This document shows, one piece after another, positions 10,167 to 20,700 of a DNA stretch of 64,000 nt. The position numbers were made by a program, and so were the translations under genes. Source of the DNA: Chloroflexota bacterium. GTDB lineage: Bacteria; Chloroflexota; UBA11872; VXOZ01. The notes under the pieces were generated by a model that searched no databases, was not told the DNA's origin, and was given only the letters and a program-made list of their open reading frames with translations. Numbering within the stretch: the stretch's first letter is position 1; each line of letters begins with the position of its first letter. The stretch covers positions 512,001-576,000 of the forward strand of contig CAXXVD010000005.1 in assembly GCA_963662335.2 (NCBI GenBank), read 5' to 3'.

Positions 10167-10189
10167 GTAGCGCGGGGGCTTGTCCCCCG
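10167..10189 (+). repeat. GTAG-type REP (GTAGCGCGGGGGCTTGTCCCCCG)
   Basis: Exact reverse complement at 24653-24675. Confidence 0.75.
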
Positions 10190-10315
10190 TGTTGGCGGAT
10201 CCCTATCCGTCGTGGAGAAGACTGATCGCGCCCCGTAACGAGTACGGAGCAGGTTTTGCACGAGAATGTGGGGGCATAGTATGCCCTGTGCGAGGCATTA
10301 CTTTCGAGACATGAG

Positions 10316-11050
10316 TTGATGCGCAGTTTCAGAAAGACTCTTGAAGTGCGTGAGCGCGATCTACTGCGTTTCTACAAGATTCTTGCCGCCTTAGAACGCA
10401 AGGTCGGTGGCACGCGCAAACTTGCCGACTGCACTGGGCGCGGTAATTGGCCTAGGCGGGGTGTTTACTTCTTTCAGGAACCCGGTGAATTTCGCCCTGA
10501 TACCGGGGATAGCTTGCGGATCGTCCGCGTTGGAGTTGGGCCTGATGGAGTTCGTTCCAGTTCGCGTACTCTCTGGGACCGCTTGCATGATCACAAAGGG
10601 TTTAGCACTTCTTCCGGTGGCAATCATCGAGGCTCGATATTCCGGCGTCTCGTAGGTGAATCACTAATGAATCGTGACGACGTGTTCTGTCCGTCGTGGA
10701 AGAGAGGAATACCCAAACCGCGATCAGGCACAAAACGAGAAATCGAGGAAGCCTTGGAGCGAAAGGTCAGGGCTGAAATCGGGGCGATGCCCTTTCTGTG
10801 GATTGCAGTTGAGGATGAAGCAGGTCCCGAAAGCATGAGATCTTGTATTGAGCGCAACACCATCGCGCTCCTAAGCAACTATCAAAGACCGCCGTTAGAC
10901 TCGCCTTCCGACGACTGGCTGGGAAGTTGGTGCAGCCGAACAAAAGTGAAGGAGTCCGGCCTGTGGAACAATCGCCACGTCGATGAGCGCTACCAGCCAC
11001 AGTTCCTGGATACTCTCGAAGCTGTCGTGGGAACAATGCGAGAAAGTTAA
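10316..11050 (+). CDS. Hypothetical protein, GIY-YIG-like nuclease
   Basis: RGVYFF...IVRVG...LWDRLHDH...IERNTI...WN, spaced like a GIY-YIG fold; lower GC than flanks. Confidence 0.5.
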   Translation: MMRSFRKTLEVRERDLLRFYKILAALERKVGGTRKLADCTGRGNWPRRGVYFFQEPGEFRPDTGDSLRIVRVGVGPDGVRSSSRTLWDRLHDHKGFSTSSGGNHRGSIFRRLVGESLMNRDDVFCPSWKRGIPKPRSGTKREIEEALERKVRAEIGAMPFLWIAVEDEAGPESMRSCIERNTIALLSNYQRPPLDSPSDDWLGSWCSRTKVKESGLWNNRHVDERYQPQFLDTLEAVVGTMRES

Positions 11051-11092
11051 TGACTGTCTAGCTAGAGCCAGATCATTAGAGATGAGGTTTTC

Positions 11093-11809
11093 ATGGTCAT
11101 TGTCATGCCATGCGCAGGTGACAAGTGCAAGAGTGCGGGCAGAATGAAGCAGGCCGATGGTAAGCTAGTAGAGTTCGTTGCTCACCCAAAGAAAGTACCA
11201 CCAAACAAGAAGAGCCCCACGAATGCATTTGCTCATCCTGATTGCTTGATATCTTCATCTTCCGATAAGTCTTGGAGAGATGAGCTAAAACGCTACAATG
11301 TAGAATACAGGAGATCAGGGTCCAACCCCTTGAAGCTGCTGCCTGCAAAGGACTTGTATCGTCCTCGTGCTCATTCAGGCATTTATCAGGATTTGGTGGC
11401 GAAATTCTCTTTAGAAAGTGTGTTCATCCTGTCCGCCGGATGGGGATTGATTGGTTCAGGATTTCTAACGCCTTACTACGACGTAACATTTAACAGTGGA
11501 GCTAGAGAGTGGAAGAAGCGAAAGACAAGAGATGACTTTGATGACCTGTGCCACCTAAAGCATGGCATGACAGGCCCTCTAGTGTTCTTGGGTGGCAATG
11601 ATTATTTGAAGCATTTCGCTAGACTGACTCAGGGTATTGAGTGTCAGAAGGTGGTTTTCTTCTACAACGACACTAATCTGAGTGCCAAGAAGACTCATCC
11701 TAGTTTGCCCAACACCGAATTTCGACCATTCGATACCACGGAGTGTTTCAAGAGGATCTGGCATTACCTGTGCGCTCAAGCTCTGATTGACGGCAGAGTT
11801 ACAATTTAA
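11093..11809 (+). CDS. DUF6884/YaaA-like hypothetical protein
   Basis: PCAGDK, PAKDLY, VFILSAGWGLI, PYYDVTF and FLGGNDY motifs; low GC. Confidence 0.55.
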   Translation: MVIVMPCAGDKCKSAGRMKQADGKLVEFVAHPKKVPPNKKSPTNAFAHPDCLISSSSDKSWRDELKRYNVEYRRSGSNPLKLLPAKDLYRPRAHSGIYQDLVAKFSLESVFILSAGWGLIGSGFLTPYYDVTFNSGAREWKKRKTRDDFDDLCHLKHGMTGPLVFLGGNDYLKHFARLTQGIECQKVVFFYNDTNLSAKKTHPSLPNTEFRPFDTTECFKRIWHYLCAQALIDGRVTI

Positions 11810-11922
11810 GTCAGTCGCACAGTTTTAAAACCTCCGCAATTCGGCGTAAACCTAGGGGAGTGCCTCCAAGCACTGGGTTATATTGAGGTATCTGAAAACG
11901 GGAGTCACTAAGACCGGAGGAC

Positions 11923-13086
11923 ATGATGGCCAAATACCATGACCCAGACTCAGGCATCTCCCTGGACAACGAATTCGAGTGCGCCAGCGCGCGGGCGTTT
12001 AGCAAGCTCGGCCCCGGGCGCTACCAGGTCGAGTTGCTCATCGAGAACTACAACCCGGCGTACCCGGTGGTGTGGGAGTACATGTTCTGCTTCCGGGTGC
12101 GGTCGCAGTCAGATCAAGCGCAAACGGTCACGTTTCGCGTCATGAAGGGGCGCGGCGGCATAAGCTATCTCGATGGGCCGCACTTTGCAAAGCGCAACGG
12201 CAAATGGGAACTCGTGCCCCGTTCCCAGACGCACATGAGCAATGACTACGTCGAAGTCACGCTTGAGGTTGGGCCGAACGACGAATTCTGGCTGGGCAAT
12301 CATCCCTTCCCCACTTCTGCAGAAGTGGAATCCGCCATGCACGCCACCGCCGCCGCCCTGGACGACTTTTCCGTGCGCGAATACGGACGCACGCCGGAAG
12401 GCCGTCCCCTGCTGGCGCTGGAATCCGAACCCCGCGACAAGACCGTCATCGTCTTCGATACGATGCAGCCGGCCGAGCCGGGTGACGTGCCGATTCTCTT
12501 TCTGGCACACTGGCTCAGCAGCCGTTCCGCCGAGACCGAGAGGCTGCTGCGGGAATACCAGTTTTGCCTGCTGCCGCTCACAAACCCCGATGGAACCGCC
12601 CACGGCCACTCGGTGACCAATGCCGCCGGCGAGGTGCCGCGCTGCCACTTCGAGGACGCGAAGCTAGGCAAGCCCGTGCCCGCCGAAGCCGGCGTCATTT
12701 GGCAGTATGTCGCCGGCAAGCAACCCACCATGTTCATCGAATTTCACATTCACTACCTGGTGCACGCCGCGCATAAGCTGGTGGGCATTGCCGTCAACGA
12801 GCCTTCGGACGAACGGGGCGTGGTCGCCCTGCCCGCGGCCACCGTGCTCTGGGGAGAACTGCTCAAGCTCAACAGCCAGTGGCGGGCGCGCCTGATCGAG
12901 GCCGAAAGCGAGACCTTCCGCAATAGCCTCGACTCTACGTTGGCGCGGGACTTTGGCACGCTCGGCTACGTCTACCAGATCTACGCCCCCACGGTGGAAG
13001 CCGCCTGCGCCCATGCCGTGGACGTGGTGCGCGCCACGGTGAAGGGAGCGCAAGAAGCGGCTGCCCTCACGCTGCGCAACGCCTGA
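11923..13086 (+). CDS. M14 zinc carboxypeptidase-like protein
   Basis: GRTPEGRPL, PLTNPDG..HGH, IEFH; first zinc motif reads QPAE instead of HxxE. Confidence 0.65.
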   Translation: MMAKYHDPDSGISLDNEFECASARAFSKLGPGRYQVELLIENYNPAYPVVWEYMFCFRVRSQSDQAQTVTFRVMKGRGGISYLDGPHFAKRNGKWELVPRSQTHMSNDYVEVTLEVGPNDEFWLGNHPFPTSAEVESAMHATAAALDDFSVREYGRTPEGRPLLALESEPRDKTVIVFDTMQPAEPGDVPILFLAHWLSSRSAETERLLREYQFCLLPLTNPDGTAHGHSVTNAAGEVPRCHFEDAKLGKPVPAEAGVIWQYVAGKQPTMFIEFHIHYLVHAAHKLVGIAVNEPSDERGVVALPAATVLWGELLKLNSQWRARLIEAESETFRNSLDSTLARDFGTLGYVYQIYAPTVEAACAHAVDVVRATVKGAQEAAALTLRNA

Positions 13087-13336
13087 TCCCGCATCCTTGA
13101 TTTTCTGGCGCAGACCGGCATTCACGGCCTACGCACATAGACAAACGCACTGAACTATTGTAGCCTACAGGCAAGCGGTATTCGGTATACGTGAGAGTGC
13201 GGGAGGCGGAAGAAAAACGCGCCTTGTGAGCGCAAGAGGCGAGAATCCAGTAGAAGGAGGTGTAGAGAACAGCAACAGCGCGCCGTCATCCCCACGCGGA
13301 GTAGCAAGAGTGGTACGACGGAGGAAGGACGAAACA

Positions 13337-14785
13337 ATGGCAACTCATGATCGTCAACTCACGCGCAGGAGCGTCCTCGGCGGCATCGCCGGCACACTTG
13401 GCATCGCGGCGGCAGCCGCCTGCGGACAGGTAGCCGCGCCGCAGGCTGAGGAAGAAGCGCCCAAGGCCGAGGCCGAGGAGCCCAAGCAGGCCGAAAAGGC
13501 CCCGGCAATGGAAATGGTGACCGTGCGCGCCGGGTGGATCTCCAATGACGCCGCGGTAATCGAGCCGTACTACGGCGACTTGCTCGTCGCCAGCTTCGAA
13601 GAGGCGCATCCCAACATCGAGGTGGCATGGGAAGGCGCGCCCGCTAGGGAGCACCACGCCAAGCTCGCCACCCAGTTGGCGGCAAACGAAGCGCCCGACG
13701 TCTTTCACAGCGACGGCGTCCGCTACGCGCTCTTCCGGGACTCCGGCTATATCAACGACCTCGCGCCTTTCTTGCAGCGCGACGCCGGGGCGCTGCAGGG
13801 CGTGATCGGCCCGGAATTCTTCCGCGATCCCGACGGCAGCACGTGGGGTATCTCCAGCAGCATCGGCGGCGTCGCCACGGCCTACAACACCGCTCACTTC
13901 GACAAGTTCGGCGTGAACCGGCTGCCTGAAGGCGGCCTGAACTGGAACCCCAGCGACGGCGGTGAATTCCTGGAAGTGGCGCAGGAGCTTACGCAACGCG
14001 GCAGCACTGAGGCCGACCCGGTCTGGGGCTTCTTCAACAACAAGCAGATCACCGGCGACGTGCTGAGCCTGCTCGTGCAGAACGGCACCAACTTCCTCAG
14101 CGACGACTACCGCCGCTCGCGCATCCACGAGCCGGAGTTCATGGAAGTGGTGGAATTCCTGCACAACCTGGAATTCAAATGGCAAGTGTCGCCGAACCCC
14201 GAGCACGTCGCATTGCTGTTAGAGGCCATACCCGAAGGCCAGACCTATCACGCGCCGTTCGCCTTCCAGCGCACCGCCATGATGAACCTGCTCATGGGTC
14301 AGTCCGGCCGCTGGGGCGGCCCCGATCCGGAGAGCCTGCCGGTGGTGGCCGTCAAGTTCCTGAACGGCCCGCAGAACGATAAGGTGCCCAGCGGCGGCCG
14401 CGTCATGGAGCACTGGGGCAGCACGAAAGTCCCCGACGAGGCGTGGGACCTCATGCGCTTCTTCCTGACCGACCACGAGGTCAATATCGCCACGTTCACA
14501 ATCCTCAAGTCCGGCTTGCCGCCCAACACGACCTTCTGGGACGACGAGCGCCTCTACGTCAAGTCAGGCCGCCCGCCGCGCGAAATCGAGGCCTACATGG
14601 CCACGCTGCGTGAGGGCAAAGGCTACTACTGGCAGGTGAACGGCGTCTGGAGCGCTTGGATTGGCGCGTACCGCACCGGCCAACGCGCAATCTGGGCCGG
14701 CGAGGCCACGGTAGAGGAAGCCATGCAGCAAGCCAGCAAGGAAGCCCAAGCGGCGCTGGACGAATACTACAGCGACAAGGAGTAA
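13337..14785 (+). CDS. Tat-exported lipoprotein, ABC sugar-type extracellular solute-binding protein
   Basis: TRRSVL twin-arginine motif, AAAC lipobox, APDVF, AYN..F, AWDLMRF; GGAGG upstream. Confidence 0.85.
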   Translation: MATHDRQLTRRSVLGGIAGTLGIAAAAACGQVAAPQAEEEAPKAEAEEPKQAEKAPAMEMVTVRAGWISNDAAVIEPYYGDLLVASFEEAHPNIEVAWEGAPAREHHAKLATQLAANEAPDVFHSDGVRYALFRDSGYINDLAPFLQRDAGALQGVIGPEFFRDPDGSTWGISSSIGGVATAYNTAHFDKFGVNRLPEGGLNWNPSDGGEFLEVAQELTQRGSTEADPVWGFFNNKQITGDVLSLLVQNGTNFLSDDYRRSRIHEPEFMEVVEFLHNLEFKWQVSPNPEHVALLLEAIPEGQTYHAPFAFQRTAMMNLLMGQSGRWGGPDPESLPVVAVKFLNGPQNDKVPSGGRVMEHWGSTKVPDEAWDLMRFFLTDHEVNIATFTILKSGLPPNTTFWDDERLYVKSGRPPREIEAYMATLREGKGYYWQVNGVWSAWIGAYRTGQRAIWAGEATVEEAMQQASKEAQAALDEYYSDKE

Positions 14786-14929
14786 CACCTTTCACCGCGC
14801 CCACAAGGCTCACGCGCTGCCCCGCGCTCTCAACAGCCAATCGTGCGCGGGGCAGCCCGCCGCGCTGTGCTAGAATGGCGTTGTGCCGACTATTCACCGG
14901 CCGCCCTGTGGCAAAAGGAACATTGCGCC

Positions 14930-15544
14930 ATGAAAGCCTATCGCATTGACGTATTTCGGCGCCGCCGCTTGGCGCGGGCCGGCGTTGCCGCCCTCGTGCT
15001 CTGCCTTGCGTGGGCGCTGTTCAGCGGCTGCGCGGAAGGCGCCGCCTCCTCAGCGTATTCGTCGGCGGCCAGTTCCGATGACGCCGACGCCGTCGTTTCC
15101 AACGAAAACCGTATCTCCGAAGAACGCGCACACGACGATGCCCAGAACGTTGCGCTCAAGGATGCGGAGCCCCTGGGCGTCGTCACCTGGACCGAAGAGC
15201 CTGCCATCGGCGGCGGCGAACTGAAAGCCGCCGGTGAACTGCAGGACGGCGCCGCGCTCTTCATGCCCCAGGACGGCGACGGCTATGCCTTTTCCGTGCG
15301 CTACAAGACCCACGAGGATCCGATGGTCATCCTGCTGCCGGACCTTGGCCCCACCGCGATTTGGCAGAGTTTCCACACCATCGCGGACATGGAGATTGAG
15401 GTGGCCGGCGCCGCGTTCAGCTTCCGCGCCTATTCGCCCCTCTTCATGGACGTTGGCGGCGGCGATCTGGAACTCCGCGTCTACGGCTACGACAAAGACG
15501 GCAACCCGGCCCTGCTCGCCGTCCAACCCCTGGGCGGTGAATAA
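14930..15544 (+). CDS. Hypothetical lipoprotein
   Basis: Basic N-terminus, hydrophobic stretch and FSGC lipobox; AAGGA RBS. Confidence 0.55.
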   Translation: MKAYRIDVFRRRRLARAGVAALVLCLAWALFSGCAEGAASSAYSSAASSDDADAVVSNENRISEERAHDDAQNVALKDAEPLGVVTWTEEPAIGGGELKAAGELQDGAALFMPQDGDGYAFSVRYKTHEDPMVILLPDLGPTAIWQSFHTIADMEIEVAGAAFSFRAYSPLFMDVGGGDLELRVYGYDKDGNPALLAVQPLGGE

Positions 15545-15563
15545 GCCCGCGCCGCCATCTTAT

Positions 15564-15644
15564 CCCCTCTCCCGTGTGAGAGGACTATGGTGAGGGAGCG
15601 CGCTCTTGTCCCCTCTCCCGCCGGGAGAGGCTTAGGGTGAGGGG
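15564..15644. repeat. Two tandem CCCTCTCCC..GAGAGG..GGTGAGGG REP-like units
   Basis: Two hairpin units between convergent genes. Confidence 0.6.
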
Positions 15645-15652
15645 AACGGGTC

Positions 15653-16051
15653 TCACTCCGTCGCGCGCAGGCGTTCCACGTTGCCCGGCCAGGCCAGGAT
15701 GCGCTCATCGGCGGTCACCAAGCGGTGGCCTTCCAGTGCCGTAGCCACGATCAAGCGGTCGGCCGGGTCGGCGTGCAAGTCCGACAGCAGCGTGGCGCGG
15801 ATGCCGATGGCGCCGCTCACCGGGATTTCCACCATTCCCTGCGCCAACTGCTCATCGCGCCAACGGCCCACGTCTTCCGGAAACGTGATACGCCCCTTCG
15901 CTCGCAGCATCGCAACTTCCCAGAACGAGATCGCGGAAACACACACCCCGTCGGACCGCCATGCCGCGCCGATCGCGTCACGCGCGCTCGCGCCCAGGCG
16001 GTCGTTGTCCAACCTGAGCCACAGCAGCACGTGCGTATCCAGGATTATCAC
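15653..16051 (-). CDS. vapC: VapC PIN-domain toxin
   Basis: ILDTHVLLW, SAISFWE, HADPADRLIVATA, LVTAD; GTGA overlap with the antitoxin. Confidence 0.9.
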   Translation of the reverse strand: MIILDTHVLLWLRLDNDRLGASARDAIGAAWRSDGVCVSAISFWEVAMLRAKGRITFPEDVGRWRDEQLAQGMVEIPVSGAIGIRATLLSDLHADPADRLIVATALEGHRLVTADERILAWPGNVERLRATE

Positions 16052-16332
16052 GGTTCCAGCACCCGGTCCGGGTCGCTCTCGGCCTCCCACTCCTCATCCA
16101 GTGGCGCGACGATGTCTCCCACAATCTCGATCCGCCCTTTGTCTATGCCAAACAGGCTCTCCGGCCGCTCCCGGTACGGCGTCAGCCGCGACACCGGCCG
16201 CCCTCGCTTGGTGATCACGATCTCCTTGCCGCTGGCCGCCACCTCGTCCATCAGTTTCAGGCACTTCGCCTTGAACTCCGACGCCTTCATCACCCGCGCG
16301 CCGGACTTGGCCGGGTCGTCCACCGCATCCAT
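16048..16332 (-). CDS. Phd/YefM family antitoxin
   Basis: ASEFKAKCLKLMDEV...IVITKRGRPV; true start may be ATG 16290. Confidence 0.88.
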   Translation of the reverse strand: MDAVDDPAKSGARVMKASEFKAKCLKLMDEVAASGKEIVITKRGRPVSRLTPYRERPESLFGIDKGRIEIVGDIVAPLDEEWEAESDPDRVLEP

Positions 16333-16444
16333 GCCGCATCGTCCTCTATTGATAGGTATTTCCCCTTGATTGTAGCATGGTCATGACTATGGTCACGTCC
16401 AGAACGACACCGCCGCACGCCGCGCCGGTGGGTCGCGCCATGCC

Positions 16445-17548
16445 CTATCGCACCTCGATGCCCTGCTCCGCCGCGACGCGGAGTTGGCGCTCTGAGTATT
16501 CCACCGCGCGGGTGTGTTCGCCGTCGCGTTCCAGCCGCACCAGCGCGCCGGAGACGTTTTCGGTTGCCACCGCCGCCTGGGCGAAGCCCGCCACGCAGTC
16601 CCAGCTATGGGTGGTGGCAAACACCTGCACGTTGTTCGCCTGCGCCGTCAGCAGCACCATGCGCCAGAAATCGCGCTGCAGCGTGTGGTGAATGCCGTTC
16701 TCCGCCTCGTCGATCAGCAGGAACCCGTCCTTGCTGTTCGCCAGCGCCAACGCCACCCCAAACAACCGCACCGCCCCATCCCCCAAACTCCGCAACGGCA
16801 CCGGCAGCTCCTGCCCAGAGATTCTGACCTTTGCGCGCCTTCCATAGCGCGTAGCCACTTCTTCGCCGACAACTGCGACACGCTCTACCTTGTCACGAAA
16901 GACCAGCCCCAGGGACTCTACAACGTGCTCCTCGTAGTCCGTCAGCGCAACCCTGTCCCATAGCCGTGCAATGTCGTGGTTGCCCAGAACGCTTGGCCCA
17001 AGGAACTCGCATCGGATGCCAGCGCCTAGTCCCACGTCACTTAGAACTGGCCTACTAATCAACCGAGTCTGCAGATAGCTGACTGGCACGGTGTTTTCGT
17101 CTCTATCGAACTCTAGCGTCAGAGTCCGGTTGTCCTCGTCCGACATGCTATGTGGTGATCTTCCCGACCAACCCTCAGACTTCTCTCCGTCGCGCATTCC
17201 AGCCTCAATACTAAGGACCTGGCGGCGCCCTGTGGGACCAATGGTTATGGGGCTGCGCGGCAAGGCCCGCCGCCCGTAGAATAGTGATTCCCAGTCAGGC
17301 AGCAATCTGTCTTTTTCATCGTATTCGAAGTCTCTGGCAATCTCCTCGTGTTGCGCCAAAATGCTCTCTAACACTGTCAGCAGGCCGCGCGCGGCATAAG
17401 TGCGCACCGCATCAAGCACAGTCGTCTTGCCGGCGCCGTTCTTGCCAGCGATGAGAGTCACGCGACCCAAGCACTCAATCGAGAGGTCTTGGATACCGCG
17501 AAACCTTCTGATGGTCAGATTGGGGAGATGCAGGTCATTTGCAGACAC
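16445..17548 (-). CDS. AAA_21/ABC-type ATPase, no partner gene
   Basis: FRGI, GKNGAGKTT, SLGDG, LLIDEAENGIH, TTHSWD. Confidence 0.85.
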   Translation of the reverse strand: MSANDLHLPNLTIRRFRGIQDLSIECLGRVTLIAGKNGAGKTTVLDAVRTYAARGLLTVLESILAQHEEIARDFEYDEKDRLLPDWESLFYGRRALPRSPITIGPTGRRQVLSIEAGMRDGEKSEGWSGRSPHSMSDEDNRTLTLEFDRDENTVPVSYLQTRLISRPVLSDVGLGAGIRCEFLGPSVLGNHDIARLWDRVALTDYEEHVVESLGLVFRDKVERVAVVGEEVATRYGRRAKVRISGQELPVPLRSLGDGAVRLFGVALALANSKDGFLLIDEAENGIHHTLQRDFWRMVLLTAQANNVQVFATTHSWDCVAGFAQAAVATENVSGALVRLERDGEHTRAVEYSERQLRVAAEQGIEVR

Positions 17549-17758
17549 GGCTGTAATTTTCTCGCTGTATGTTTCCGCAATACTTGAAGCCTGATAGGAG
17601 GGCGAGTCCGTAGCAATGCAGTGTGCCCAATAAACGTTGACTGCAATGTCTCACTTGCCTTGTCCAGTATACAAGAACCCACCATATGGCAGGCAGACTG
17701 GCAGGCCAACTCTACCTCGTCTTTGGACAAACTCATTTACTAGCGCCTCGCTGGTACA

Positions 17759-20700
17759 ATGGCATTAATGAATACCATCGATGCATCTGACATTGCCGAA
17801 TGGGCACGCAGCCGCGAAGCTCAGCACCAGTTGCCATGCCTGATCAGGCGCTTGGTCATGGAAACTTGCCCTGAAGTCAGCTTCATTGATATGCCGAGTG
17901 GTAGCTCAGTCGTGTTGCCTGGTTGGGATGGCCTGGTCACGGTCCAATCTGGAAACGCGTGGATCCCTCGCGGTCACTTGGCAATTGAAATGAGTTGTGG
18001 CCAGAATCCCGGCCGTATGGCAACGGAAAACTATGAGAAGCGCACAAATGACCCGCTAGGTATTGATGTTGCCAATACCACATTCATTTTCATCACTCCC
18101 CGGAAATGGCCAGGAAAGCGTCAATGGGTGTGCGAACGAAAGGAGGAAGGGAATTGGGCGGATGTTAGAGTTATCGATGCTGACGACTTGGTTGCGTGGA
18201 TCGAACAGGCCCCATCTGAAAGGGAGTGGTTTGCTGGCTTGATTGGCAAGGGTCTCATGGGGTTGGGCAGAAGCATCGTAGAAGATGTCAATCAGCACTC
18301 GAACAACCTCCAAAGCGAAGTCATGGCGGAAATTCGAGATTTCCGCGCCAGTGTGTTGGCCACAGCGGACTCCGAAGGTACGCAGACCGCTCTCGATCCT
18401 GCGCATGTGAAGTTGGAGGCCAAAATAGACTCGGCTCGAGACAGCATTAGGCGAGGGTACGTAAGTGCCGCCAAGAGCCAACTTCAGGAGCTTAGAAATA
18501 AGCATGGAACACTCCCGCCAGAACTCGACTTTCGCATTGTTGCCAATCTCGGTATCTGCGCGCTTGCAGTTGACGAAATTAACGGCGCGTGCACACTGTT
18601 CGAGGAAGCGCATAGTCTCCAGCCAGAAAACCCGAGAGCTATAGCCTATGCCGCCTTGGCTGCCCATCTCAAGGAAGACCGGAAGAAAGCGGTTAGATTG
18701 GCAATCAAGGCGCGAGAGTTAGACCCACAGAGTTCGCAAGCGACTGCAATTCTACTCTTGAAGTACTGGGAAACAGGGCGAGTCGAGGAGCTTGATGAAC
18801 TCATCGCTACTGAAGCGTGGCTAGCCAAAGATCCGCACTGCGGTGCGATTGTGGCAAGCATCCGAGCTGATCAGATGCGCTTCAATGAAGCAGCAACGAT
18901 ATGCCGTTCACTTACAAAAGCCAATCCAGATGACTTTGAATTGCAGTTGGCCTTGGCCGCTTGTCTGCTTAGTTGGGCCCAAGCAGACCGGCGTGCTTTC
19001 CAATACACACTTGACTCTGAATCAATCCTCAATGAGGCGAAGGCAGCAGCTACCCATGCCATCGAACAACTGCAGGAAACGGACTTGAAAGGGAAATTTC
19101 ACAACGCTCTTGCTATCCGCGCAGACGCCAAATCGCTACTTGGGGAATGGGCAGAGGCGATTCATGACTTTGACAGGGTACTCGCCGAAGACTCTAGACA
19201 CAATGAGGCAGCATTCAACAAGGGCCTGCTGCTTGCGCGAATGGGGAGAATGAAGGAAGCACTACCCTTGTTTGAGACAGTCTGGAATTCTGGTGAAATC
19301 CCACACGTGGACTTGCCGCTTGCAGATGCCTATCTTGCTTCCGGCGACCCGTCAGAGGCGGTCAAGCTCTTGAATGGAACCGTCACACTCAAGCGCCTCG
19401 AATGGATCGACATTCAGAGGGCAGAAATCCTGTCTCAGGCAGAGAAAGAAGCCGGGGTTAGAGACTCGGTAGAGGAAATCCTCAATGCGGCTCTACAGAG
19501 GTTTCCCAGCAATCCGAGGCTCCTCACGCTTGAGTCTACGCTCTGCGAAATCCATGGAGACGCCGAGGGTGCCGAGCAGTCACTTCTCAAGGCACTCAAA
19601 CACTCTGACGGTTCTGACCATAGGCAGATAGAGTTGCGATTAGCTAATCTCCACTATAGTCACCACCGTTTCGCAAGAGCTGCCAAGCTATTCGAAGGGA
19701 TCGTTAACGGCGTTGCCTCCCACCCGCTTGCAAGTACGCTTTTGCGTTGCCTGATAATTTCGAAGCAACTTCGCGAAGCACTCGATTGGGCGAGAGAAAT
19801 CAAGGATGAGTCAAGCGGGGTGTCAAAGTTGGCGTTAGCAGTCGAGGTTGAGGTTCTTCAAATTGCTGGAGACGTTCCCGCTGCCGTTTCGTGTTTACTG
19901 GAAATCTGCAAATTCGAGGACGCAACAGCGGAAGATCGGCTTCGACTTGCCGAGGCCCAATATCGATGCGGTGAGCGCGGTTCGGCTCATGAGACTGTGC
20001 ATGGCATCACTTCACTGGAACTCATCAACGACCCACAACTGCTCATGAAGTTGGCGCAACTGAAGTTCCTACTAGGTTCGACAGACTTTCTCAATGATGC
20101 CTACATGGCGCTTCGCCACGGGAGAGATGATCCTGCCGTTCACAAAGGATACGGTGGCCTGTTCACTGCCTGTGAAAGGAGTTGGACCGAACCGGAAGAA
20201 ATCGGACCCGGCTGTGCTGTTCTGCTGCGAAATGAGTCTGGTCAGCAATGGTGGAACATACTTGAAGAAGGGGAAGAACCTCACGGCCCGCATGACATAT
20301 CTTCAACTAGTAGGCTTGGCGCCATCCTTAGTGGTCAACGTGAAGGCAAGACTATTGTTCTGCGGCAAGACCTAGAGGAGTTGTCTTATAGAGTAGAAGA
20401 GGTACAAAGCAAGTTTGTCCGCGCATTTCAAGAGACATTCGAAGAGTTCTCGACCCGTTTTCCAGGTGACATGAGCCTTTCCCGCATTGAGATTAAGGAT
20501 GATGACTTTACGAAGTTTTACCAAATCGTAGAACATGCCGACCAGTCCGAGCGCAATGCACTTCGCGTTTACCAAGAAGGGAAGGTGCCATTTGTCACTT
20601 TCTTTCCCCTGCTTCGCAAACCGTTTCTTGATGTATGGGTTCGGCTTACTTATGAAGATTCTGGCTTGATTGCGGGAGACGGCACAAATGAAGAAGCAGA

